A stretch of DNA of 64,000 nucleotides from Lama guanicoe (taxonomy: Eukaryota): contig MU053376.1 of NCBI GenBank assembly GCA_013239625.1, forward strand, positions 2,096,507 to 2,160,506. Reading direction: 5' to 3'. A model generated the notes under the pieces. The model did no database searches. It was not told where the DNA came from and saw nothing but the letters and a program-made list of their open reading frames with translations. Shown one piece after another: positions 1 to 13,343 of this stretch (position 1 is the stretch's first letter; the number at the start of each line of letters is the position of its first letter). Made by a program: the position numbers and the translations under genes.

Positions 1-1689
1 CGTGCCTGCCTATGGTACACCCCTCCTCCAGGGTGACCTGTTGGGACAGGAAGGAGTCCTGGTTAGGCTTTGGATGGAAACAGGCTGTGAGGTTAGAGAG
101 CCTGACCCTGGACCTGTGCCCCCTCTTGCCTTCCACCTCTGGTACCTCAGACCTTTGGACTCTGCTCTAATGTTTGGCTGTGTCGTGCCTCCTCCCCTTC
201 CTCCTCCTGGGTTACTGCACCAGCTATCATGCTCCAAAATTACCCAACTACCTGCCCTGTCCCTTCCTCCCTAGAGCTCTCAGGTCCCTCCAACCTCTGC
301 TTGAAACAGACTCTTCTCAAAACGGGACTATAAAACACTGGGCACCCAGTGTCAAAGATTGCCTAGCAAATTTGCAGTCTTCTCAGAGGTTTATTATTTT
401 TCTCTTCCAACAGTTAGATGTTTGTATTTCTTTAATGGATGTCCTCTTCCCACCCCCATATTTGCTCTTGCCATGCTTGGCAGAGGCTAGCCATACCCCT
501 GTGTTTACGTGTTTACATAGACAGTTCAGGTATCTGAAGCACACAGCACAGACAATGGCACAACTCCTAGCAAGCATCTCTGGAAATGGCTTGTGGTTTG
601 CATCTTTCAGCAAAAGCCCTTCCCACATGACAGCAGCCCCACATCTCCCATCCAGCTGCAGCAATGGACAGCAGCAGTATATGCATGTCAGGAAAAGCCT
701 GCCTTGCCTCTTTCTGCAGTCCACAGCCAAGGCTCTGCCGTGTGCCTCCCACTGCAGTTGGCTTCGGGGAAGGAGGGCTCAGACTCTAAGCCAGGGTCAA
801 GTGGAAGGGGAAGATTGGAGGGGAAAGTGGGTGCTGCTCCCACCATCATCAGAACTCAGTTCAGCTGCTAATTAAAAAGCAAAGAGCAAAAGTTATAGAG
901 GTGTGTGATGTGGCTGGAGGGCTGCTGTCACCTGGTAAGTGTCCCTGACCTTCAGTTGAACCAAATGCAACTTTCCCACAGGTGTGTTGGCAGCTTTTGC
1001 CCTCTCAAAGGTCCTAGGGTACTTGACTGCATCCACCAGCCCTATAAACACAGGGAGAGGCGGTATCCTCACTGTAATGGGTTTTATTGTGCTGGAATCC
1101 CAGGAAATTTACTTCACTGGAATTCTAGTTTGTATCAAGACATTGGGGGACTAAATCAGTTGTTGAACATTTTGCATATAGCTTTATGATTTTGGGGGGT
1201 GCTGTTGATAATGGTGTGTGTGTTTGTATATGTATATGGGCGATACTCCATGAGTAAATGAATTTATGTTCACTTCACATTAGAATTATTTCCTTTGATT
1301 AGTTCATAAATGGTTTCTGTAGCAGGAAGCCCCAGGTGCACGGCCATTTCCTCTGATTTTGTGTGTGACTTGGTGGCCCTCGGCAAGGTGGTTTAATACC
1401 GGCCAGAGCTGTTTGAACACCAGCGAGGGAGCAGAGTTGGAATCAAGGGGTGATGGAGAGGAATCTCTGTTTGCTGTTATTAATATTTAACTGACTGTGG
1501 ACCTGTGGCTGGATGAGGACAGTTGAGAAATGTCCTGATGGCTGGCAGGTAGAGACACAGCAGGCCAGACTCAGCAGTCATCTTTCTGTTAGTCGAAGTT
1601 CTAATTCCATGGGGTTGAAGTCGCTTTGTTTTATCTTTGTTTCGAAAAGCAGGGGTCAGAAACATGCCTTTTTAAAGGCCATACTATGC

Positions 1690-1945
1690 AGTGACTAAGA
1701 GAACAGCCTGGAACCAGAAGACCTCGGTTTGAATCCTGACTCTGCCACTTCGTCTCTGTGTGTCCTTGGGCATCTCTGTGTTCCACGTCCTTGTTTTTTT
1801 TTAAAAAAAAAATAGGAATGATAACACGACCTTCTCCATGGTGTTAATGTGAGAATTAAATGAATGAATGCACGTAAAGTGCTTAGAACAGTGCCTGGCA
1901 GAATGCAGTATAAATGTTTAATGCAATTTGAGTGTTATTATTATC
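1690..1945 (+). mobile_element. MIR SINE
   Basis: GGTTTGAATCCTGACTCTGCCACTT...GTGAGAATTAAATGA...GTAAAGTGCTTAGAACAGTGCCTGGCA core and tail. Confidence 0.85.
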
Positions 1946-4900
1946 CACTCCCATCCAACAGCTGTGACAGTTTGTCTGGGCTCCTGACCCTTCTTAGGAT
2001 CACCTTTCCAAGCAGTGAGTGCAGTTTTCAAACTCTGGTTGCTGAGCTGAGTGGAAAAGAGGGTGCCGCGAGCATCCCAGGAGGTGCAGTGTTAATCGTC
2101 CAGTGGCAGTGCCGCTCCTGCTGGCCATGGCTGAGGCGCATCCTCACAGGATGCCGGTGGCTGAGAGGTCACCAAGACCCTGGCGCCTTGCCTGTGTACC
2201 CCTTGCCCCCAGCACAGAGCACAGTCTCCGTAAGTAGTGGTTGATGAAGGTGGTGGCCTGTTTTTCTGACTAAAACGCCCTGCTCTTGGCAATGAGCCGA
2301 AGGGCAGTGGGAATGTGAATGACATCTGAGCAGGAGGCTGACACTGGGTGGGAGCCATGTGGCAAAATGGGCTTTTAATAAGGCAGGCTTTTAGAAAACT
2401 GTCTTCTCACTGTCTGCCTGCCTTTGTAGTGAAAATTCCTCCAAGTTAAGCTTACCCCTACTTCAAAGTCTGTAACTGAACTCTGGTTAATGCTGGATTT
2501 GCCAACAGGAAACGTTCAAAGTTAATGTTAATTTCTAGGATTAAAGAAATCATGTTTGTTAGATAGAGAAGGAAACCCAGTGGGGATTGGGAGGGAGAGG
2601 GAGATTTTATGAGTGTGTATGTGTGTGTGTATTTGTGTGTATTGGGGTGGGGGCGGTGGTAGTGGTGAGAATCCATTTCCAGCATTTTAGGAAGGAACGG
2701 TCAACAGCAAACAACTTGGGAAACTCGTGGGCTGCCCTTTGGCTTTGTTCTCAGGGAATGTCCCTTACAGAGTGCGGACACTTTCTCCTATAGCAGGCAC
2801 GTGGAGTTGACCTTTTACCTTTCATCTTGCTTTGGTGGATGTGTTAGCTATCCTGGATCAGGGAATGGTCTGGAAAATAGGGAATCCTCCACATCCCAAC
2901 TCAGATTCAACGACAGATGCTTGGACATGCTTTGCATGTTGCTAGTGAGTGTCTGTTCCTGGAGCTGGTCCTCTTTGGAGGGGATGCTGTTCAGAGCTAT
3001 GAAGTGTTACGTAATTGGGATCATAGATTGAAAGGGGGGCCCTGGAGCTCATCGTCCTGGCCTCCCCCTCCTGTGAGAGACTTGAATTACGGTGTGAGTA
3101 TGAGGTGTTTGCCATGGAGCCTGCAGGGATGGGGACGGGAGCCCCGTGTGCAGCTTTTCTAGCCCTGTCTTGTCACTGCATTAATGGTCCAGCTTAACCC
3201 ACGTCTCTGCACAGACTGGAGCCACCCCTGTGACAGCCACAAGATCCTGCAGACCCACCCCTTTCCATGAGTTCTTCATGGAGGAGGTCACTGGGACATT
3301 GCATCTCCCTAGAGCAGACCCAGGAACCTTGGGCACGTGGGAAATGTCTTATTTGTCCAGGATACCCAGCATCACTGACGTACATGGCCTGAGCATCTTC
3401 ATTGATTTAGGCCCATGTTTGGCTTTGGAGATTAGGAAACTAAGCCCTGGAAATGGACATTTTGTTGTTAGGGATAATGGAATCCCCCACCTCCAGCCCC
3501 TCCCCTGCCCCTGGCTCCGGCTGAGGTCTTCTTGGGAAAAGTCCTAGTGGCGTGTGTGGGGAGGGGCATGGGGGCACAGAGAAAGGACCAGGGATGCTTT
3601 GAGAGAGGCCATCTGAGATCCCCAAGCCATAGCCTCTGTTTCAATTCCTCCCTGCTTCCTGTATTTTCACAAGATGAAAGTGAAAGGATTAAATGTGGAT
3701 TTAATTTTTGCCCCCATTCATCAGAGCGTAATATTTTCTGATTATAGAGTAAGAGGGGCTTGAATACCAGGTACAGTCAAAAAATGATTAATGCCATTTG
3801 TCTGCCAGCCTCATTAGACTTGGTAATGAACGTGTGTGTTCTCCTGCGGATCCTGCAGACTTATTAGGTGGAAGTGAATTGACATCTCCCCTCAGCACGG
3901 CCCGGTTTGATTTGGGATCCTCTCTCTCCTCCCCAAGTTTACCAGTGAATTCAGTCCATGCCAAGCTTGGCAGGTAGGCCCTGAGTGACAGGGAAAAGAC
4001 AGCCCATAGCCCAGCCCCAGGGCCCTGCCTGGCTGGTGAGGTGACCCACCTGCCTCAAGAAGCCAGCACCAGTGTGGGAAGTGCGTGGGGACAGGGGCCA
4101 GAGGCTCAGGAGGGCAGCTGAGACCCAGGGCAGCCCAGCTCTGAGAATGAGCACAGGAAGAATTCTTCGCAGGTCCATGATGGTACCTTTTCCCAAAGTA
4201 TTTCCATGCTGCTGCCACTCTCCTCCTTGGAATAGCTTCATGAGATCAGAGTGAGGAGAGGCTCCTGCCGGGGTCTCATGTGGAGAGGAATCGCCCCGTC
4301 TGTCTGTCCGTCCGTCCATCTGGCTGGGGGAGGGAAGGTTAGAAGGGCAAACCCAACTGGCCTAGAAGGCCTGGGGCCATCTCCGGCTTTCAAGTCATTT
4401 CCCTCCTTGGGACCATGCCCAGCACCTCTGGGTCAGAGGCAGCCCCCAGTGGGGAGGCGATGGGAACCTCCAGGCTTTTGCTCCCCAGCTGCTCTCCCAC
4501 AGAGCCCTCGCTGGCTCCCCACTCCCTCCCTCGCTTCTCAGTCTCCCCGGGGAAGGAGCTGTTGCTCCTCTTGCCCTGCCTAGTACTATTAAGGCTGATG
4601 AGGAAGCTGTAAACACTCTCTGGCCTCATTAGAGGTCCTTCCTCTTCGCATTCCTCAGACGACTAGGTGACTAGGTGAGTCTTCCGGGCAGGTAAGTATT
4701 GTGGGCATGCGCAGCACGCAGGCAGAACGCTCCCCGCTCCTCCCACCCCGGCTTCCATCAGCACCAGCCCCTGCTGTCTCTTCACCCACCGTGTACTTAC
4801 AAATCCCATTGACAAGATGCTTTTGGCCTCTCCAAGGTGCCTCATCCGTCTGTCTTGACTCCATCACCCACTCTTCCCGCCTGCGCTGTCCTGGCTTTCC

Positions 4901-7900
4901 CTGGCTGGGTCGCGAAGCGCTGGGGGCGGCTGACGCTGGGATGGGAGCCCTGACTGGGGAGATGGTTGTGCATTTAGTCACTTCGGGGTTTTTTCCAAGA
5001 GTTTTGGCAAGCTTCTTTCTACATGTTCACAGCTGGATCTCGGGGTTGGGAGGGGAGCAGAGCCAGCTTTTAGGCTTTGGAGAAAGAGCAAGGAGACCGA
5101 GGTGATGTCAGACAGGGCAGCAGGCTCGGTTCCCTGGGGGCACTGGTTTAAGTGAAATAAAATCGGGTGCTGGGGAGTAGTCATGGGGAGCCCTGCCCCA
5201 TGGTCAAAACTTGACTCAGACCTAAGGGGTGACATCTAGATGTTCTCCGAGGCACCCCGCCACCATGCCGAGGAGATGCGAGCGGGACCTGGTAGACCCC
5301 AAGAACTCTCCATGCTGTGGTGTTGGCCCAAAGCAGCCGCCAAGTTCATGCAGGGCCTGTTCTAGCCTGCCTCTGGTTCCTGGCACAGAGAACATTCTTG
5401 AAGATACACCCACAGGGAAAGCTGTGATGTTTGGTTCTTTCGTTGCCTTTTTTGGAGAGGACGGAGGAAGAGCAGCCGGGGTCTCTGCCCTGGCTGAGGG
5501 GTCTGTGACCCTGGCTACAGCACATCCCAAATTTTCTCCAGGATTTTCCTACCTGCCCCTACTGCCCTGGCCTCATTGAGGGCATCGGGAGGGGAGGCAT
5601 GAGCTGACACTGTGGTGAGGGTTCGTAAGAAGGGTGGTATTAGAAAATCCAGTCTGTTCATTCCTGTGTGTCACTGGGCAAGCAGGCAGGTGGCCGGGAA
5701 TGTCACTCACCTGTGAGCACAGTGGGGCTGGGTCATATTTGCTCTTCAGTGGAGGCCTGCACGCCACCTTCTGCTCCCCCTCCCTGTTTCTTGAACAAAC
5801 ATTTCCGGGGCAGAGCAGATCTCACCCAGACATCTGCAGTGGCTGTTGACTAGGACTGCTAGAATGTGAGAGCATGGCTTACATGAACCTTCCAGAAATC
5901 AGACCACAGGTTCACAAAAGCCTGAAAGAAGAATGATGTTCTCTGCCTATTTTTTTTTAAAATCCTTTAATGTTTTGTTTCTACTGGATGCTGGATCTGG
6001 TAAAGAATGGTCACTGTGTTTGCTGAAGATACAAATTGATACTCTATGAACCTGCTAAGGTGGAAATATTCACATGGATCAAGAAGGGCTGAGAATGGCC
6101 AAGACACTGTAGGAGCAGCAATAACTATTATCTCAGAGCTGATGTGGCTGGATCTAAAGGACTTTCTTGTGTCCCAGCTCTGCTGAGCCCGGCAGTACCC
6201 TTGCGAGGTAGGCAGGGCTGGTTGAATCATGACCATCTCACGGATGAGGAAACACAGCATTCAGTGAGGCAATGACCTCTCTAAGATGACCCAGATCATT
6301 AGTAGCAAAACCAGCACCAGAACCCAACGTAGCATTTTGCCCTGTGAGCTGATGTCACTGAACGTGCGAGTTAGTGGAGTTTCATCATTCATCTGCCTCC
6401 CTTCTGCCAATGAATGCTGAAGTGTCCATAAAAAGAGATACAGAAAAAGAGGAGGGTGAGCCAAGGTGCAGGAAAGCCGTGTGCAGGCTAGACGATCGGC
6501 CAGTGCCTGGATAATTGAGAGTTGGCGGCACTTCAGCCTATTTTCAGCATTTGGTTTCTAAGTCGATTTTCAGCATGTCTGCACTATGAGGTCTTTAAAC
6601 AGAAGGTGAAGTTTTTTTCTAAATCCCAAGATAAAAGGAACAAGTGAGTCTCTCCCCACCCCACCCCACCCTCATTGGTATTAGGTTGAAAGAAATGCAA
6701 GTTGAAGACCTTTTCCTGTTCCATGTCCCCACCTTGCCATGACCCAAGGTCAAAGTTCATAACACAGGACTAACCAAGAGCCAAAGAGAAGTTAGGTTGT
6801 GTCTCAGAGGGGACAGCTACGGGGAAGAAGAGTTGGATTGGGACTGGAAAATAAACTGAGGTTTGCATAATGGACCTCTGGCTCTGTCCCAGGCAGTGGT
6901 GTGGCTGCTTGGGGAACAGAAAATCTAGGGGAACCCCCCACACTCCTACCCCACCTCTGACTGTCTGTGTCTCCAAGTCAGGCTCACATTTGGGGATCTC
7001 ATCCCTTACTTTCCTTGCTGACTTGGAGGGAGCTATTTTTTCCATCCAAATCAAATGGAAGCTGGAGGTTTTGTGGTTTCTGTTGAAACAATCATGTCGT
7101 TTCTGCAACTGAGGGAAGTATTAAAAATCAAAAAAAAAAAACCCCAAAAAACCCTCAGAGATGCCTTAGTATTCAAATGGAACAAAGGATTCCAGCTGTA
7201 ACTTGAGAGTTTTTAGAAAAGTCGTTGAGGAGATAGTATGTAAATGTCTGTCTAGTGATGAATGTTTTTAAAAGCAATCTGGAGGGACCTTTATATGAAT
7301 AGATTATTTCAGAGAATATGTTTTATCGCTTAAGATGGTGAAGGCTGTTTCTTCAAATGATGTTGGCCTTGGCTGGACTCTGTCTTCAGCCTGGAAGTTA
7401 TTGGGTTGATGCAGCAAGAGGTCATCGTGGGCATTCCCCTGCCTCCAGATCGTGTTCCTCCTACACTATACCTTCAGTGGACAATCTTTCCAAGTTTTCA
7501 GAAGGTCAGGAGTGAAGATTCTAGAACCTCCCAAAACCCCATCCAGAGTCTGCCATTTCTTTCCTGCTGGCTTCCCCAGTGGCTTAGCCTGTCCCCCAAA
7601 ACAGCTGTGTGATGAGGAAAAGGAGAAGTGAGATCAGTATATCCTTGAGCCCAAGGGGGACATTCGGGAGGGATTTCCCCCCGTTGCACATGACTCATGA
7701 TTAAAAATTCCCCCAGCATGTGCCTGTCCTCTGAGCACAGACATGGGAATGCCGCCCTTGCCTGCACTGAGCCAGGCGGGAGTTCCTGGGCCCTCGTTGA
7801 AGATCTCGTGTCCCAGTGGGGCAGGGAACGTGGGCTCCCAACCTCACACGACAGCCCCCAGTGTCATTTCAGGACCTGGACTCACTTATGAGCCTCATCT

Positions 7901-10900
7901 GTGCCAAGCTGCCCAGTTCACTGGAGGATCACAGCGAAGCCCGCTGACAGCCCCGTCCCCCAAGGAAGCATTAGGGAGACAGATCCAGTGGCCCGGCCCA
8001 AGGAAGGAGGCGTTCGGGGGCATTTCTGTGTTAAATAGATGATTTATAAACAATGTGCTTTATTGTTATTGCACCACAGAGGCCCTCAGCCACGGGGGGC
8101 GATCAGGTGGGGCTGCCAGGTCAGATGTCCTGTGAGAGGGCAGGTGATAGGGAACCCTATGTGGAAGGTCAAGTGCAGCTTGGGTTGGTTTTACCATTTT
8201 CTTCTCTAAGTGGCCCGAGGGCCTGGCCTCTGGGAGAGGCTCCTCAACGTTCTCCGCGGCCTGAGGAGGAACGACAGCTCAAAGGAGCGGGAGCAGGTCA
8301 GTGGCTATGGAAGACTAACATCTGAACTCAGGAGTGTCCGCCTCCCGGACCCGACACTAGGTGACCAGTGTGCGGAGATGTAAATGCAGCTTTATTTCCG
8401 CCCGAGGCCTCTGGGGGACGTTTCCTCCGGTTATAGGGCAGCGCCCTCCTTTATCTGAAGCTGGCCCCCACTGGCGGTTGGCAGACGAGTTCTGGGACCT
8501 CTGGGCGGTGCAGGGGGCAGACACCCTCTCCAGTGGCTTTCCTGGAAGACTTTGCTGCCTGTGCACTGCCAGCCACCCTTCTCGGCCTGGGTAACAGGGC
8601 CTCTGGGAACTTCCCCACCAGGACTTGGATGGTTGCTTCTGGGAGTCACTGTTGAGGGGACATCCTGTGAGCACCATTTTAGGGCAAGAGAACATTTCTG
8701 CCCTCTTCATGAGAGACCCGATTCTTTTCTTCTTTTCTCTGTCTTCCTCCTGTGCCTCTTCTCTGCTCAGGTATCTGCTCTCAGATAAATGGTCTGACCA
8801 TCTTAAGGCAACACGGCTTCCTATGGGCACGGGCGGCTGAAAGCTCTTCCCCGCCCCAGGCTTAGCGTGGGAGGATGCGAATTAGCCCGCTGGTCCCTTA
8901 GGAGCCTGTACAGCTGGTAAAGCGTTATTAATCCGACATCCCCAAAGAAATCCATTAACGAGCTCCTGGGCCGGACACACGTGAGGTAACCGATCACTTC
9001 TGTCACGTTGAAAGTTTGGAGACATTGATTTTCAGACTCACAGGCGCTCCTGAGAAGTGAGGCCCAGGGCAGGCTCTTCCTGCAGTCTGTTTGGTGGGGG
9101 CATGTTTATCTTATCAAGCTAAAAGCCCCAGGAATAGAAAGTTTTCCACTGGGGGAGGTGGAGGGGATAGGACCTCAGCTGGGGAGGAGAAGGCATCTGT
9201 CAGGCTGGGCTGGGGCCGTCCCGAGGTCCCAAGTGCCCGTGACTTCCTTTGGAGAAACAGGGAGGGAGGCTGGGCTGATCTGAGCAAAGCCAGGGTCACA
9301 CAAGGCCCGGAGTCCTCCCAGGGCCAGTGACTCCCTGCTTCGTCGCTCCATTCCTGACGCCAGCTGAGAGAGAAGCTATTGATCTCCTGCGGGCCTGGAG
9401 CCCAGCCGGGATGACCGAGGGCCGGGCGGAGGAGGCGGCCTCTGCCTGCTTCGGCAGAGTCACCTCGCGACTCCAGCGGCTTTTCCGCAGGCTCCCTAAA
9501 AGCCACTTGGGACCAGTAAAGCTCCAGGCACAGCTGGCTCGAGGTAGGTCCCAGCCGCTCCAGCTGGGAGCATTCGAGGGGGCTCAAGGGGGCTTGGGTT
9601 CAGAGGCCAGGCCTCGTGGCCTTTTCCATGGGGAAGGCAGTGCAGGAACCTCTGGCCGCCTGGTGTTTAATGCTGAGCTCAGCATCACTCCTTGCCCTAC
9701 TCTGACTCCCCAGGACTGAAACTCACTAAACCTTTAGGTGGTTTTGGTGGAACTTCAGAGGTCCGTGTTGGCTGTGGGTTTTAGTGGCCTCTCCTTGGTT
9801 GAGAATTAGGGCCAAGCAGTCATTCTGATCTGGTCCCTGAGCGGGCAGCACATGGATGGGCAACTTGAGTGGCTGCCTGTGTCCATTCTGCCCATCCTAT
9901 AGCTCCCAGGAGTGTCTGACCTTGCCAACTGCAGGGTCCGCCTTTCAAGGACCCCAGCGCAGCAAATTTTCCTAGGCAAAGTCTTCTCACCTGCATGGTT
10001 GGTGGAGGTGGCTATGGGGCCGCCACAAGCAGGCAGTGTGGGGCTGGAGGCTGCTGGGCAGAACACAGCTGGACGGAACCCCCAGTCTCAAGCAGTGACT
10101 GGGCTGCAGCTTCCTTCCCTGAGCGCTCACTGGGGTGAGAACAGTCCTTGTCTCAGGAGGGATAACGGGACAGTGTAGGGTAAGTGAAAGGTGAGGAGGT
10201 GAGACAGTTGTGATTCAAATTTTCATAGCATCTTAGGTCATCTACTCCATTTTTTTCAAATGAAGGAGGCTGAGGCCAATGAAAGTTGGTGGCAGCTTCA
10301 GGACCGGGATTTCGGGCACCTGCCTTCCAACCTAGTGTTCTTCCTGTTGTATCAAGCTATTTACAGCATCTTATATTCCTGCAGCTCTTTCCTACTAAAG
10401 ATCCAGGGCATTTATGTCTGTCTGTTTGTTTGGGGGGGTTTATTTGTTTTAAGTATCATTTATTCCCTCCAGATCCCTGCATGGTGGGAATGGGAATGTG
10501 TTATTCTATGTCACAGATAAAGTGGCCCAGAGGAGTCAGGCCCCTGGCAGTGTCAGAGCTGCACACAGACCTGGAGCCCCTCATTCCTGGATTCTCCTCA
10601 CCTCACTGACCTCTAGCTGCCTCTCTTTGGTGGCTGGATATCTGGAGCGCATCAGCTTTCCTTGGGCCCCTGCCCCCTTTGCCTCCAGGCTGTTCTCATA
10701 CATTCAGGATAGGTGGGCATCTGGGTGGGACCCAACACTGGGTCTTAGGGATGGAACTAAACTGAAAAGTCATCACTGGGCTAGGTTTATGAAAGCAGAA
10801 TTTAAAAGACAATATGCTCCTAATTATGGAAAATAAATTTTTTTCTGATTAAGGTTTTACCTCTTGAAAAGTGAGAATTTTAATCCCACTAGATCCAGTC

Positions 10901-11344
10901 CCCATTTGGAGACAAATACTCTTTAGCCAGCCAGAATAATTTATCCTCATCAATAGCCTGATACACACTATGACCCTCACATATGAGAGACTGGGGTCTC
11001 ACAGCTGGAGACTGAGTTCCTCCATTTCAGTGTTCACTCGTGTCTTCACATCCATCCTCTTCCCACCATCCCCCCCACCCCTGCTTAAGAATTACTAACA
11101 GATCATTTCCTTGCTCCTCTGCCAAGGAGTTATAGATTTAATAAAATCGATCGGGCCTGGAGTGGCAGCATTAAGGTCAGGGCAAATACTACCCTGCATC
11201 TCCTGCTCGTTTAACTTGTGTTCGCATTTGGATTGAATTGATTGTAAGAGGAGGGGCAAGACAGGATGCCCGAGGATGCCGGGAGTGGTAGACTGCGGAC
11301 CGTGGGCTCTGGGATAGCTCCGCTGACTTGCACTCTGTGAGCAA

Positions 11345-11520
11345 CCTGTAGTGTGGCATTTAAGAGAACAGGCTTGGAGCCAGGCCAACTCGAGTCTAGA
11401 TTCTGGATGCCTGGTGGTAAAGTAATTATACAGATTAAGCTCTCTGAGCGTCAGTTCTTCCCCGTGTAAAATGGGGTGGAGAATCCCATCTCCAGCTGTT
11501 ATTATATGGGCTAAACTTGA
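11345..11520 (+). mobile_element. MIR SINE (degenerate)
   Basis: TAGTGTGGCATTTAAGAGAACAGGCTTGGAGCCAG...CTCTCTGAGCGTCAGTTCTTCCCCGTGTAAAATGGGG. Confidence 0.7.
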
Positions 11521-12779
11521 CATCGACATCAACCAGTTGACTTGATGCTTGATCCACACAGCGGGCCCTCACTGGCAACTGCTCCTAGGAGGACCTTTAA
11601 CGATGGCTCCCAGTGGGTCATCTGTGCAAGGCCCCCAGCCCGCTGTCTGCTCTTCCATCACACCTGGGCCAAGGTGGGCCACCCACATCTCAGTGAAAGA
11701 GATCTGGTTTGAAGGTTGCCCAGGCAGAAGGAGAGATGGGGCACGAAACTCTTAAACACGTTCTCTGGAAAAATGCCTATCGCCGAGTTTACCACCCCAC
11801 TTAATTAACAGGCAGGGCTGGATTAGCCCACCAGGCATCATTAGGAGCTAAGCATGCGTGTTGCCAAGGAGCAAGTCATACATCATTTTAAAAGGCTGCT
11901 CGGGGGTCAGCGGGACACAGGCCTGGCTCCATGCAGAAGTCTCCGGTGGTCCTGGCTGCAGGGACACAGCTGTAAAGAAGCCTTTGTGTGTCTCCTGCAA
12001 AGAGAGCCTCAGACATAATCTATTTACTTTTCTCCTCTCGGCAAAAGTCTCCTTTCACCCTGTTGGTTGCTATTCAGTTGGTGATTGGCACCCTGTATAC
12101 AAGTGACACGAGAGCAGGTGTGGAAAAACCAGTTGGATGCAGCAGCCTGTTTGTCCCATAAAGGGCCAAACCTCTCTGCTCCTGGCCTCCCATGACCTCC
12201 CGGCACTCAGCTCGGGCAGGCGTACCTGTGTGCAGGCACCTGGGTGTGCGGTCACACCTGCACATCTGGCTCAGCCCATCTGCCACCCTGTGGCCTGCAG
12301 GCTCCCAGGCAGGACTTCTTGCAGAACTGTTTAGCTGTCTTTATCTTTGGCGTCTGTGGAACTCTACCAAAAATACACTCAAGCTCAGCAGGAGGCGAGG
12401 CTGCCCTTTGCCCCTAATCAGAGACGGTGTTTGCTCTAAAAATGAAAGCAAAAACCCCCCAAAGCACTCCAGCTCCTCATTCCACTTCTGTCCCTCACTG
12501 CCCGGCTCATGTCCTTTCTCTACCAACTATCCAGCCTCCTCCGAGTGTCTTCTCAGGGGCCCCAGGGACAAGAGGAGGGGGCCCTGAGCGCTGGGGCGGG
12601 GGACCCCACCTGCTTTGTCTCTCCTGCACCCAGAGCAGAGTGACACATGCCTGGAGGAGGCAGGGGCCCCTCCTGAGCTGACCTGAGCCAAGAGGACATC
12701 TGGCATCTCTATACTGGCTTTGGATTTTGTGGGCTTGTTGCCGTTTGTTAAATTCCCTTAAACCCAACTGTCCACAGTG

Positions 12780-13343
12780 TTTTTTTTTTTAATTGAAGTA
12801 TAGTCAGTTTACAATATTGTGTCAGCTTCTGGTGTACAGCATAATGTTTCAGTCATACATGTACACACACATATTTTCCTTTTCATATTCTTTTTCATTA
12901 AAGGTTACTACAAGATATTGAATATAGTTCCCTGTGCTATACAGAAGAAACTTGTTTATCTATTTTATATATAAGTAGTTAGTATCTGCAAATCTGGAAC
13001 TCCCAATTTATCCCTTCCCACCCCTTTCCCCCCCTGGTAACCGTAAGTTTGTTTTCTATGTCTGTGAGTCTGCTTCTGTTCTGTAAATAAGTTCATTTGT
13101 GTTAGTTTTTGAGGTTCCACATGTAACTGCTATCACATGGTATTTTTCTTTCTCTTTCTGGCTTACTTCACTTAGACTGATGATCTCCAGGTCCATCCAT
13201 GTTGTAGCAAATGGCATTATTTTACTCTTTTTATGGCTGAGTAGTATTCCATTGTATAAATAGACCACAGCTGCTTTATCCAGTCATCTGTTGATGGACA
13301 CTTAGGTTGTTTCCATGTCTTGGCTGTTGTAAATAGTGCTGCT
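12780..13343 (-). mobile_element. 5'-truncated, relatively young L1 (3' end)
   Basis: Poly-T at 12780-12790 followed by an L1 3'UTR. The ORF track shows L1 ORF2-end-like peptides (KIMPFATTWMDLEIISLSEVSQKEK). Short TSD AGTGTTTT on both sides. Confidence 0.92.

Noticed and set aside
174..875. 233-aa ORF on the + strand
   Set aside because: Non-ATG start, no recognisable domain, intronic; consistent with a chance ORF.
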